NCBI GenBank assembly: GCA_965224245.1
Contig: OZ245046.1
Span: 6,368,001 to 6,432,000, forward strand
Length of the DNA stretch: 64,000 bases
Direction: 5' to 3'
Source of the DNA: Candidatus Eiseniibacteriota bacterium
GTDB taxonomy: Bacteria > Eisenbacteria > RBG-16-71-46 > CAZAMP01
In this document: positions 49,604 to 58,759 of the stretch, one piece after another
Layout: every line of letters starts with the position of its first letter
Numbering within the stretch: position 1 is the stretch's first letter
Position numbers and translations under genes: made by a program
Notes under the pieces: model-generated
What the model saw: only the letters and a program-made list of their open reading frames with translations
Databases searched by the model: none
Told to the model about the DNA's origin: nothing

Positions 49604-52324
49604 ATGAGCAAGAGCATGATCATCGGGACGTTGCTGTGCCTGGGCATCACGGCAACCGAGCAGACGGCGCACGCGTCGGGTGACCGGGTCGGCGCGGATG
49701 CATCGTACTTCCTGGCCCCGTGGCGTGGCTGGGATTGCGGCTACTTCGCGGACTTCTCCGGAATAGACGACGGAGGATTCGGTCCGGAGGCGCTCGCAGT
49801 CGGAGACCTGAACGGAGACGGGACACCGGACGTGGTGATCTCCCACTCGTACCATGGCTTCCCTGGCATCTCGGTTCTGCAGGGTCTTGGCGGGGGAGCG
49901 TTCGCCCAGCCTACCTACCTCGGCACCCCGGGGAACTTGACGGTGTTCGAGGTCGAGCTGCACGACTTCGATGCCGATGGCGACCTCGACGTGTTCGCGG
50001 CGCTGCACGGTGGATCCGGCAATGGTCAGGCGGTCGGCCTGTGGCGCAACAACGGCGACGGCACTCTGGCCACCCGGCAGGATCTGACGGTCGGCACCGG
50101 TCCACGCGAAATCGCACTGGCCGACGTCACCGGAGACGGGATCGCGGACCTGATCAGCACCAACCACGGATCCATCTCCGGGAACACCGTCTCCATGCTC
50201 GAGCACAACGGCCTGACCGGACCGGCGGCCGGCTTCCTGCCCCGGGTCGACTCCCCGACCGTGACTGGAGCCAACGGGCTGGCGGTGGTGGACATGAACG
50301 GAGACGGCCTGCGGGATGTCGTCGTGGCCGGAGACGGACGCCGGATGGGCGTGGGCATCAATGCCGGCGGCGGCGTGTTCGACGCCCCTGAGGTCGAGTA
50401 CAACCTGAACTACCTGAGCAGCTACACCGCCAGCTGCCTGGCGGCCGGCGACTTCGATGCGGATGGTGACGTGGACGTGGCCACGTCGTCGAACGGCCAT
50501 CTCCTGATCTGGCGCAACGACGGCTCGGGGGCTCTGTCCGGAGAGGGCGGCACAGAAGCACTCCCGTTCGCATCGCCCGTGCCGCTGGACGACGGCGTCA
50601 CGTTCTCGGGTGTGAACGCCTACCGGATCCGCGCCGAGGACGTGAATCTCGACGGCTGGGTGGACCTCCTCACCGCGAACTCCAACGGGCGTTCGGGGGA
50701 GAGCTGGAACCTGGTGCTCGGCGACGGCGCGGGTGGATTCCTGGATCCGCTGGCGTTTCATTGCTCGCAGAACACGCAGGACATCGGTGCCGTGGACGTC
50801 GACGAGGATGGTGATCTCGACGTGCTGACGCTGGCCCACTTCTCGAGCGCGCTCACCGTACACCTGAACCGGGGCAGTCAGGGGTTCCGTGCGATCGCCG
50901 ACCCGGCTCCGGTGCAGCCCCTGAGCCAGCAGATCGCGGTCGCGGATCTCGACCTCGACGGAGACGTCGACGCGATCACGATCGCCGACGATGCGACCAT
51001 CCTGCGCAATCCCGGCGACGGGCTGCTGGTCCCCGATGCACTTCGCTTCTTCACCCCGACGAACGGAAAAGACGTCCACCTGAAGGACGTCAACGGGGAC
51101 ATGTATCCGGACATGATCCTCGGTCCCGACGAGCAGTACCCGCCTTACGTGGTCGGCGTGGCCCACAACGACGGGGCCGGATCGTTTCTCCCGGGCTACA
51201 TCCTGTGGCCCCTCGATCCGAGCTGTGGCACAGGCACGCTGGCGACCGGAGACTTCGACAACGACGGTGACGTCGACATCGCCTTGAGCGAGGAGCAGGG
51301 GTGTTTCGGATCGGTGGATCGACGGATCTTCCTGTTCGAGAATCTGGGCGGTGGAAGCTGGGTTTCATCCATCGCCACCGATCAGGTAGGCGGCCACTTC
51401 GGTCTCTCCACCGCCGACTTCAACGAGGACGGAAACCTGGATCTGATCACGGCCCAGGTCGCGATCGACATCACCTACACCGTGTTTCCCGGAAACGGCG
51501 ACATGACTTTCGGCCCCGCCCTCGTGAGCCCGGGGCCGATCGGCCCCACACGTACGTATCTCGGGCTGTTCGACGTCGGAGACCTCGATCTGGACGGCCA
51601 CCTGGACGTGGTCTCGCTGTTCGAAGATCGCTCGTTCGGAACCGACGTCGTGGGTGTGTTGCTCGGCCAGGGCAACGGCTTCTTCGATCCGCTCCCGGTG
51701 AACGTCGCGCCGGGGTCCAGCGCGCTGGAAGCCCTGCGCATCGGACTGGACGTGGACCTGCCGGACATCGATCAGGATGGAGACCGGGACGTCGTGATCA
51801 CCAACTACGCCTCCAACGACATCTCGGCTTTTCTCAACGATGGATCCGGTCACCTCCGCTCGCACGCGCGGTACGGGGCCAATCTGACCCCTGTCGAGAC
51901 GATGGTGGCCGACATGGACGGTGATGCGCTCGATGACCTCTGCGTACTCGTGAGCCGGCCGAATGTCGGCGGTGGGGTGATCGTGCTTCCCGGACTCGAG
52001 GTCGAGAACCCCGTGGATGTGGAACCCGCCTCACCTGGTGATCCCGCGATGCCCATCGTGCATCGGGTCTACCCCAATCCGGTGGGAGCCGCGGGCTTCA
52101 TCGGCTACGAGCTCCCCCGATCCGCGGTCGTCGAGGTGTCGGTGTACAGCTCGATGGGGCAGCGGGTCCGGGCTCTGTGGAACGGACGGCAGGATGCCGG
52201 GCATCACGTCGTGGAATGGGACGCGACGGCGGATGACGGAGAGCCGGTGCCCAGTGGGGTCTACTACATCTCGTTCGAGGCCGATCGAGCTCGCGCGTCT
52301 CACAAGACAGTGGTAGTAAGGTGA
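49604..52324 (+). CDS. Secreted FG-GAP/VCBS-repeat protein with Ig-CTD
   Basis: More than 12 GD(L/F)(N/D)GDG..D loops; CTD YPNP...VYSSMGQRVRAL...SGVYY. Confidence 0.92.
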   Translation: MSKSMIIGTLLCLGITATEQTAHASGDRVGADASYFLAPWRGWDCGYFADFSGIDDGGFGPEALAVGDLNGDGTPDVVISHSYHGFPGISVLQGLGGGAFAQPTYLGTPGNLTVFEVELHDFDADGDLDVFAALHGGSGNGQAVGLWRNNGDGTLATRQDLTVGTGPREIALADVTGDGIADLISTNHGSISGNTVSMLEHNGLTGPAAGFLPRVDSPTVTGANGLAVVDMNGDGLRDVVVAGDGRRMGVGINAGGGVFDAPEVEYNLNYLSSYTASCLAAGDFDADGDVDVATSSNGHLLIWRNDGSGALSGEGGTEALPFASPVPLDDGVTFSGVNAYRIRAEDVNLDGWVDLLTANSNGRSGESWNLVLGDGAGGFLDPLAFHCSQNTQDIGAVDVDEDGDLDVLTLAHFSSALTVHLNRGSQGFRAIADPAPVQPLSQQIAVADLDLDGDVDAITIADDATILRNPGDGLLVPDALRFFTPTNGKDVHLKDVNGDMYPDMILGPDEQYPPYVVGVAHNDGAGSFLPGYILWPLDPSCGTGTLATGDFDNDGDVDIALSEEQGCFGSVDRRIFLFENLGGGSWVSSIATDQVGGHFGLSTADFNEDGNLDLITAQVAIDITYTVFPGNGDMTFGPALVSPGPIGPTRTYLGLFDVGDLDLDGHLDVVSLFEDRSFGTDVVGVLLGQGNGFFDPLPVNVAPGSSALEALRIGLDVDLPDIDQDGDRDVVITNYASNDISAFLNDGSGHLRSHARYGANLTPVETMVADMDGDALDDLCVLVSRPNVGGGVIVLPGLEVENPVDVEPASPGDPAMPIVHRVYPNPVGAAGFIGYELPRSAVVEVSVYSSMGQRVRALWNGRQDAGHHVVEWDATADDGEPVPSGVYYISFEADRARASHKTVVVR

Positions 52325-52440
52325 TGCTCGATTGCAGCTCACGTCGCGGCCGGAGCCGGAAGCGGGCCGGCCGCGGCAACCCATGACCCCGGTACCAGCC
52401 GGTGCCCATCCGGGGCGATCATACCATCGGACCTCGCACG

Positions 52441-53934
52441 ATGACCGTGGACGGAAAACCGCCCGACCCCATTCAGGACGTCCGGATTCTCGACTCGGTC
52501 AAGGAACTCCGTGTCATGGCCGACGTCACTCGACTGGAGATCATGAGGCTCCTTAGCCGGACGGCGATGACCGGTACCATGATCGCTCGCGAGATCGGGA
52601 TCCCTGCAAACCGCGCCCATTACCATCTGCAGCGGCTGCTCTCGGTGGGGCTCGTGCAACAGGTGCGAACGGGGCGCAAACGATGGCGCGACGAGCGGTA
52701 CTTCGTCTCGGTAGCCCGCCATTTCGTGGTCGATCCGCAGCTGGGGTGCCGGGACGCTGGAACGACCGCCACCCTGCGCCGGGCGATCGAGACGGCCTTC
52801 ATGGACTGGCGTCGGGCCGAGGTCCTGTCTCTCGACTGGACGCCCCTGGTTCGACGTCTGGTCCGGGAGTCGCTGCAGGTGCGGCCCGGGGAACACGTCC
52901 TGGTCGCGCACGGTCCGTTCGTCCTCGAGCTCGCCGAAGCGATACTGGTGGAGATCGATACCGTGGGCGCCATCGGTCACGCCAAGCCCTGGTCCCGAAA
53001 CGTGCTCGTCAGGACGCTCGACAGTCACTCTCCCGCCGAGCTCGATCAGCTACGCTTCGTGCCCGAGTCCATCGACCGCGAGCTCGGAGCGGTCATCCTG
53101 GTGACCAGCAGTCTCGTACAAGGCACGCCGCCCACCACCGCGCAGCGCGAGAAACTCCCGCACTTTCTGGAGATGCTCTCCCGGTGGGATCGATCGGTGA
53201 AGGAACGTGGGATCCGCAACATGGAGGTCGCGCTGCCTCATCGCGGCGAGTTCGCGGAGGGTGAGCTCACCGCGGAGGAAGCCATCGACACGTTCTGGCG
53301 ATGTGTCGAAGGAGATCCGGGGCTGCATTGCGCACGAGGACGTCAGCTTCAGGACCGGATGCAGGGCCGCCCGGAGATTCGGGTGTCCTGCCCCGAGGGA
53401 ACGGATCTGCGGTTCCAGTCGGAGCCCGCGCTGACCCGAGTGCATGACGGTGTGATCTCCACCGAAGATGTCCGGGACGGGCACACGAGCGACCGTCTTC
53501 CCTCCGGACTCCTCTCCGTCGTACCGCGCGAAGGGTCGGCCGAGGGTGTGCTGATCGCCGACTACACGCACAGCATGGGTCGTCATTTCCGCGACATCCG
53601 GGTCGAGCTCGAAGAAGGCCGCATCGTCTCGATCCGGTCCCGCGAAGACGAGGACACGCTTCGGCAGCTGATCGATCGCGAGAGCGGGGATCCCGAAGTG
53701 CTCGGTCACATCACGATCGGTCTCAATCCCGGCGGCCGCGCGTCCACGGGCAAGCCATCGCTGGATGCGTGCCACGAGGGTGTGGTCAACGCCAGCTTTG
53801 GAGACGATGAACGCGCGGGCGGCATCGGTCGGTCCACGCTGAAACTCAATCTCCCGTCCAGGAAGATGTCTCTCCGAGCGGGATCCGAGACGCTGGTCGA
53901 CGGTGGAGCTCTCGTGCTCGACGGTGCCGGCTAG
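52441..53934 (+). CDS. ArsR-type winged-HTH fused to a degenerate M29 aminopeptidase domain
   Basis: N-terminal D.TRLEIMRLL...IAREIG...HYHLQRL..VGLV...ERYF; C-terminal LVRESLQVRPGEHVLV, GTDLRF, LPSG..PREGSAEG, GRIVS, IGLNP, FG...AGG. Confidence 0.85.
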   Translation: MTVDGKPPDPIQDVRILDSVKELRVMADVTRLEIMRLLSRTAMTGTMIAREIGIPANRAHYHLQRLLSVGLVQQVRTGRKRWRDERYFVSVARHFVVDPQLGCRDAGTTATLRRAIETAFMDWRRAEVLSLDWTPLVRRLVRESLQVRPGEHVLVAHGPFVLELAEAILVEIDTVGAIGHAKPWSRNVLVRTLDSHSPAELDQLRFVPESIDRELGAVILVTSSLVQGTPPTTAQREKLPHFLEMLSRWDRSVKERGIRNMEVALPHRGEFAEGELTAEEAIDTFWRCVEGDPGLHCARGRQLQDRMQGRPEIRVSCPEGTDLRFQSEPALTRVHDGVISTEDVRDGHTSDRLPSGLLSVVPREGSAEGVLIADYTHSMGRHFRDIRVELEEGRIVSIRSREDEDTLRQLIDRESGDPEVLGHITIGLNPGGRASTGKPSLDACHEGVVNASFGDDERAGGIGRSTLKLNLPSRKMSLRAGSETLVDGGALVLDGAG

Positions 53935-54188
53935 ACCCTGCGTCGATGCGCCGTGAGGCGGGGACTCGCTCGAAGCTGATAGACGCCGACCATCGATCCT
54001 CGGGCCACAACGGAGCTCCTGGCCATGATGACGGGTCTGCGTTGCAGCCAGATGGTAGTATCGGCTTGTCTGCCCGGAGGACGACGTCCCGATGGAGGGC
54101 GTCGGCCCGCTCGGATCGATGGGCGGGCTCGTGTGCGATTTCGACGTACGCGGGGTTATCCTGGCAGTCCGGCGCCCAGGAGGACTCC

Positions 54189-54722
54189 GTGAACCATCCA
54201 CTGCTCGCCGTCGTCGTGCTCGTAGCCTCCGCACCCGCTGACGCCGGTGCGCTCGAGCTGGTCGCCGACGCCATCGCACCGGTGGCGGGCGGAGGCGCGA
54301 TCGGCGATCGCTCGGAGATCGGCGCCGCCGGGCTCCCGCTCATGGGCCCGGGACAGGGTGGCTCGCTCGTCCTTCTATCCGGCCATCTCGCAGCCTACCC
54401 GCCACCGAGCGCGCTGGACATCACCACCGATCCGATGTCGTCCGTGCCCGTGCTCACCGAGCTGCGCGTGTGCAACGCGAACCCGGTGCGTGCAAGCGCT
54501 CATCTCGAAGTGCGAATCGCCGGTGACACGGACGCGTCCGTGTCGCTCGAGGTGTTCGACGTGCGCGGGCGCCGCGTGGCGGTGCTCGTCGACGGCACCT
54601 TGCCGCCCGGATCGCATGATGTTCGGTGGGACGCCTCCTCGACCGTATCGGCCGGCGTCTACTTCCTCAGACTGCTGGCAGGTGACCTCGTGGATCGGAG
54701 ACGACTGGTCGTCGCCGAATGA
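54189..54722 (+). CDS. Small secreted protein: ~50-aa Gly-rich beta domain + Ig-CTD (candidate fibre adaptor)
   Basis: GTG after CAGGAGG; signal peptide; LELVADAIAPVAGGG...GQGGSLVLLSGHL; CTD ANPV...VFDVRGRRVAVL...AGVYFLRL. Confidence 0.85.
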   Translation: MNHPLLAVVVLVASAPADAGALELVADAIAPVAGGGAIGDRSEIGAAGLPLMGPGQGGSLVLLSGHLAAYPPPSALDITTDPMSSVPVLTELRVCNANPVRASAHLEVRIAGDTDASVSLEVFDVRGRRVAVLVDGTLPPGSHDVRWDASSTVSAGVYFLRLLAGDLVDRRRLVVAE

Positions 54723-54756
54723 GGCCGGCGGTCTTCCTCGAACCGGAGTGATCGAC

Positions 54757-56049
54757 ATGCTACGTGATGCCGTACGCGTTCGAAGGACGCTCGCGTCGCT
54801 GATCCTGGGCGTGCTCGTCAGTCTATCGGGCCACGCCGCTGGTCCCGACCGCATCAACTACCAGGGATCCCTGAGCGACAGCGGGACGCCCGTGGACGGG
54901 ATCGTCGACATCTCCGTCGCCCTCTACGCCGCCGGCATCGGCGGCGAGGCGCTCTGGTTGGAGGCGCACGCCGACGTCGTGGTCACCGCGGGTGTCTTCC
55001 ACCTGGTGCTCGGCTCGCTCAGTCCCCTGGACGCCTCGCTCTTCGACGGAGTGGAGCGCTGGCTCGAGCTGACGGTCGATGGAGAGACCATCACGCCCCG
55101 GCGACAGTTCCTGAACGCACCCTACGCCATGCGCGCGTCGGTGGCCGACGTCGCGCTGTCCGGTGGGGACGGCCCGTGGGAGGTCTCCGGCGACGACATG
55201 ACGTCGGGACTCGCCGGCAACGTCGGGATCGGCGTGGAGACCCCGCTCGAGAAGCTTCACGTGCGAGGCAGCGCCGCACTCGACCTGGGCAGCCTCTACC
55301 TGCGCGACTCCGCCGATCGCACCACCATCGAGCTCGATGCCGAGGAGGGGAGCGCCCTCGGCGACATCACGTTCTACGACACCGACGGCTCCGCGAAGAT
55401 CCAGATCGATGCCTATCACGGCACCGGCGGCGATGCGCGCATCACGATGGACGGCGCCCTTCACCTCGCGAGCGACGATCTCTATCAGCAGCCGACCACC
55501 GGCCGGATCAACATCGAGGACCAGCTGATGTTCTTCCGCGACGGCGACGGCGACGGCGACTACGACTTCGACCTCTTCGGCGCTGGGAACCTCTATCTGG
55601 GCGCGGAGTCGTCGATCCACCTCATGATCAACGAGTACGCGGCCGAGCGCGGGCGCCTTCGGATCACCACCGACGGCAACGCCAACTACATCCAGTCCGG
55701 GACGAGCTACTCGGGAACCACGTCGAAGGACCTGCGCGTCGGACCCATGAACACGTCCCAGGCGTACCTCACCGTGCAGGCGGAGACGGGCAATGTCGGG
55801 ATCGGCACGCGAACGCCGACGAGCAAGCTACACGTCATCGGGAAAGCGACGTTCACCGGCGGCGTCGATCCGCCGTACATCTCGTTCAGCGCGGAGAGCC
55901 ACCGGACGATCCGCGAATACGCAAAGGACCTCGACCCGCACGAGGTCGTGATGCTGTTCTGGAACGACGACGCGAAGCGAATGCAGGTGTATGCGCGCGA
56001 CGATGACGCGTTCTACACGCTGGACGGGGAGCGGGTACCGGAGAGATAA
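54757..56049 (+). CDS. Secreted tail-fibre-like protein
   Basis: Signal peptide; N-domain PDRINYQGSLSD.GTPVDG...GVFHLVLG...WLELTVDGETITPR...PYA; GNVGIG.TP..KLHV repeats; no Ig-CTD. Confidence 0.85.
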   Translation: MLRDAVRVRRTLASLILGVLVSLSGHAAGPDRINYQGSLSDSGTPVDGIVDISVALYAAGIGGEALWLEAHADVVVTAGVFHLVLGSLSPLDASLFDGVERWLELTVDGETITPRRQFLNAPYAMRASVADVALSGGDGPWEVSGDDMTSGLAGNVGIGVETPLEKLHVRGSAALDLGSLYLRDSADRTTIELDAEEGSALGDITFYDTDGSAKIQIDAYHGTGGDARITMDGALHLASDDLYQQPTTGRINIEDQLMFFRDGDGDGDYDFDLFGAGNLYLGAESSIHLMINEYAAERGRLRITTDGNANYIQSGTSYSGTTSKDLRVGPMNTSQAYLTVQAETGNVGIGTRTPTSKLHVIGKATFTGGVDPPYISFSAESHRTIREYAKDLDPHEVVMLFWNDDAKRMQVYARDDDAFYTLDGERVPER

Positions 56050-56084
56050 GAGGGGCGATCGTCTTCCCGTGACCGGAGGAGGAG

Positions 56085-56987
56085 ATGGAACATCGGTTCG
56101 TACCGGAGCACTACCATCGAACGCTCGGCCCGCATGAGCCTGTTCTGCGAGTCTCTGACGGAGACACCATCGTCACGACGACCGTCGATGCCGGTGGCCG
56201 CGATCATCTTCGCGAGCAGGTGACCCCGGGGGGGAACCCACAGACAGGGCCTTTCCACGTAGAGGGCGCCGAACGAGGTGACACGCTGGTCGTGCGCCTC
56301 GAGAGGATCACCCCGAATCGCGTCTACGGGTTCTCCGGGTCCTCGGTCGCGGAGAACGTCGTCGATCCCGACTACGTCCCCGACCTGCCGGACGCGCCGG
56401 GTGCCGAATGGGAGGTCGATGTCGAGGCCGGCACGGCGACGCTGGTGGGGCCGGAGTCGTCCCTGGGAACCCTCACGCTGCCGCTCGAGCCGATGCTGGG
56501 CTGCTTCGGTGTGGCGCCCTGGGGCGGTCAGGCCATCTCGACGGCGACATCGGCGGAGCACGGCGGCAACATGGACTATCGCGGCTTCACTCAGGGAACC
56601 ACTGCGTACTTCCCGGTCTTCCAGCCGGGGGCGTTGCTCTTCATCGGTGACGGGCATGCGCTCCAGGGCGATGGTGAGATCGTCGGTGCGGGCGTCGAGA
56701 TCTCCATGGACGTTCGCGTGACCGTGTCGGTACTCGAGAAGCACAGGATCCGCTGGCCGCGCGGCGAGAACGACGACTGGATCTTCACCGTCGGAAACGC
56801 CCGGCCGCTCGATCAGGCAACGCAGCATGCGACGACGGAGATGCTGCGATGGCTGCAGCAGGACTACGGCCTCGATGCACTCGGGGCAAACCTGTTGCTC
56901 TCGCAGTGTGTCCGCTACGACCTCGGGAACGTGTTCGACCCGGCCTACACCATGGTGTGCAAGTTGCCGAAGACCGTCCTGCCCTAG
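56085..56987 (+). CDS. Acetamidase/formamidase family protein
   Basis: NPQTGPFHVEGAERGDTL, PMLGCFGVAP, HGGNMD, FPVF..GAL..IGDGHA.QGDGE; RBS GGAGGAGG. Confidence 0.93.
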   Translation: MEHRFVPEHYHRTLGPHEPVLRVSDGDTIVTTTVDAGGRDHLREQVTPGGNPQTGPFHVEGAERGDTLVVRLERITPNRVYGFSGSSVAENVVDPDYVPDLPDAPGAEWEVDVEAGTATLVGPESSLGTLTLPLEPMLGCFGVAPWGGQAISTATSAEHGGNMDYRGFTQGTTAYFPVFQPGALLFIGDGHALQGDGEIVGAGVEISMDVRVTVSVLEKHRIRWPRGENDDWIFTVGNARPLDQATQHATTEMLRWLQQDYGLDALGANLLLSQCVRYDLGNVFDPAYTMVCKLPKTVLP

Positions 56988-57110
56988 GTGACGGCGTGCA
57001 TGGCGCACCCGTCGGGACGACCGAGAGCGTCGACGATGCGAGGCGCTCTCTTGCCCCAGCGAGCATCTGGTCCGCGTTCCCGGGCACAGACGCTCACACG
57101 GCGATTCTCG

Positions 57111-58352
57111 CTACTGCGCCAGCACCACTCTCTGGGACGTCACACGCCCCGCGCTCGCGAGCTCGTAGAAGTACACCCCGCTCGGCAGCCGGCGGCCGCC
57201 GTCGTCCGTGCCGCTCCAGCGAAGGTGATGCACTCCGTCCTCGAACGTTCCGGAGGCGAGAGAACGCACGCGGCGCCCCCGGGCGTCGAACACGTTCAAG
57301 GTGACTTCATCGCCGCCGGACACCTGGAACGAGACGTCCGTGAACGGGCTGAAGGGGTTGGGTCGACTGGCGATGAGCTGCAACATCGGCGGCGTCTCGC
57401 TCCCGGCGTGCTCGCCGGCGCTCACGACCGACCCCGTGCCGGCCAGCTCTGCCAGCGCCGCGATGCTGACCTGTATGGCCTGGGTCATGCACGGCAGGTT
57501 CAGCGTCTCGATCGTGTCCGTGCTGCGATGGTAGAAGGGGGTGGACTCCCCTCCGATCCCGCCGTTGTGAGCTTCCCAGCAATCCATGGCGGTGACCGCC
57601 GGGATGCCGAGTGCAGTGAACGACACGTGGTCGTCACGACAGACGCCGCTCAGCTTCTTGGAGATCGGAATGCCCACGTAGCGGTCACAGGCCGAGATGA
57701 CGGCATCGGCCAGCCACTCGGATACGGGCTCGTATGCGACATCCAGGTCTCGTCCCCAGCCGGTGGGCCAGTAACCGATCATGTCGGCGTTCAGGACGGC
57801 CACGATGTCTTTGTCCGCGGCCAGGTAGTCCTGCGCGACGGCGATGCTGCCCCTTCGGCCCTGCTCCTCGGCGTTGTAGCAGATGAACTCCACCGTGCGC
57901 TGCAGGGGGTAGTCCCTCGAGATGAACGCGGCTTCCATTACGGCGGCGATCGCGCTTGCGTCGTCGTCGGCGCCCGGTGCGAGCGTGGTGGGCTGCTCGG
58001 ACGTGGAATCGAAGTGACCGGAGATGATCACGATCTCGTCCGGGTACGTCGTTCCCGGAATGCGCGCGATGATGTTCTCCTCGGTGTGCCCGCTGAAGCT
58101 GAACGCATGGCGCTCGACCATCACACCGATGTCGGTGAAGTAGTCGACGAGCCAGTCCCCTGCGTCGGTGTTTCCCTGGGTATACGTGTGTCGGGTATCG
58201 AAGTCCTGAAGCGCCTGAACCCAGCCCGTCACGCGCGCCTCGGACACCGCGGTCACCATCTCCTCGACGAGCGGATCTGTCTCGGCGTCGGCCGCGACCA
58301 TCGGAACGGCGACCAATCCGGACAGGATCAGCGAGCCCCACGATGTGTTCAT
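57111..58352 (-). CDS. M28 family aminopeptidase with Ig-CTD
   Basis: ENIIARIPG, GHFDS, PGADDDAS, NAEEQG, NADMIGY, DH.SF, YHRSTD; CTD PNPF. Confidence 0.93.
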   Translation of the reverse strand: MNTSWGSLILSGLVAVPMVAADAETDPLVEEMVTAVSEARVTGWVQALQDFDTRHTYTQGNTDAGDWLVDYFTDIGVMVERHAFSFSGHTEENIIARIPGTTYPDEIVIISGHFDSTSEQPTTLAPGADDDASAIAAVMEAAFISRDYPLQRTVEFICYNAEEQGRRGSIAVAQDYLAADKDIVAVLNADMIGYWPTGWGRDLDVAYEPVSEWLADAVISACDRYVGIPISKKLSGVCRDDHVSFTALGIPAVTAMDCWEAHNGGIGGESTPFYHRSTDTIETLNLPCMTQAIQVSIAALAELAGTGSVVSAGEHAGSETPPMLQLIASRPNPFSPFTDVSFQVSGGDEVTLNVFDARGRRVRSLASGTFEDGVHHLRWSGTDDGGRRLPSGVYFYELASAGRVTSQRVVLAQ

Positions 58353-58550
58353 GCCAGTCCCCCTCGTTCAGCGACCCGGGCATTCCTCTACTCACCCCAC
58401 ATGATGCTAGCGGGTTCGTGAGCAATCGCCATCGTGGAGATCACGTACCGTACGGGCGGCGAAACGAGCGACGTGAAGGGCGACGGATCTTGAGGGAACG
58501 CCTCCTGGCAGAGGCATGCATGAGTACCTCGGGAAGCTCAGCAGCGACGA

Positions 58551-58578
58551 TTGACGAATGTAGTGATTGCCGGATAAT
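58551..58578 (+). promoter_or_regulatory. Candidate sigma70 promoter for the DUF6448-like gene, overlapped by an imperfect inverted repeat
   Basis: TTGACG-16 nt-GATAAT; TGTAG.TGATT...AATCA.CTACA arms at 58559-58595. Confidence 0.4.
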
Positions 58579-58759
58579 CGGGGGAATCACCTACACCGCT
58601 GATGTCCCGACCCAAGTAGCATCGAGTTTCCTCGATATGGCACCTTGCTGCCCCCGGCTTCTCGCGATCGCCGGAGGTGCTGGGACACGTACGCCGGTGC
58701 GGACTGGCGCCCGTCACGCGACGTTCGCGGCGTGCAGGGGCTTTCGGAGAGGAGGCGCA

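Noticed and set aside
54013-54057. ELLAMMTGLRCSQMV resembling an integrase TGLRxSE motif
   Set aside because: Only 15 codons, the key Glu is absent and there is no supporting flank; likely chance.
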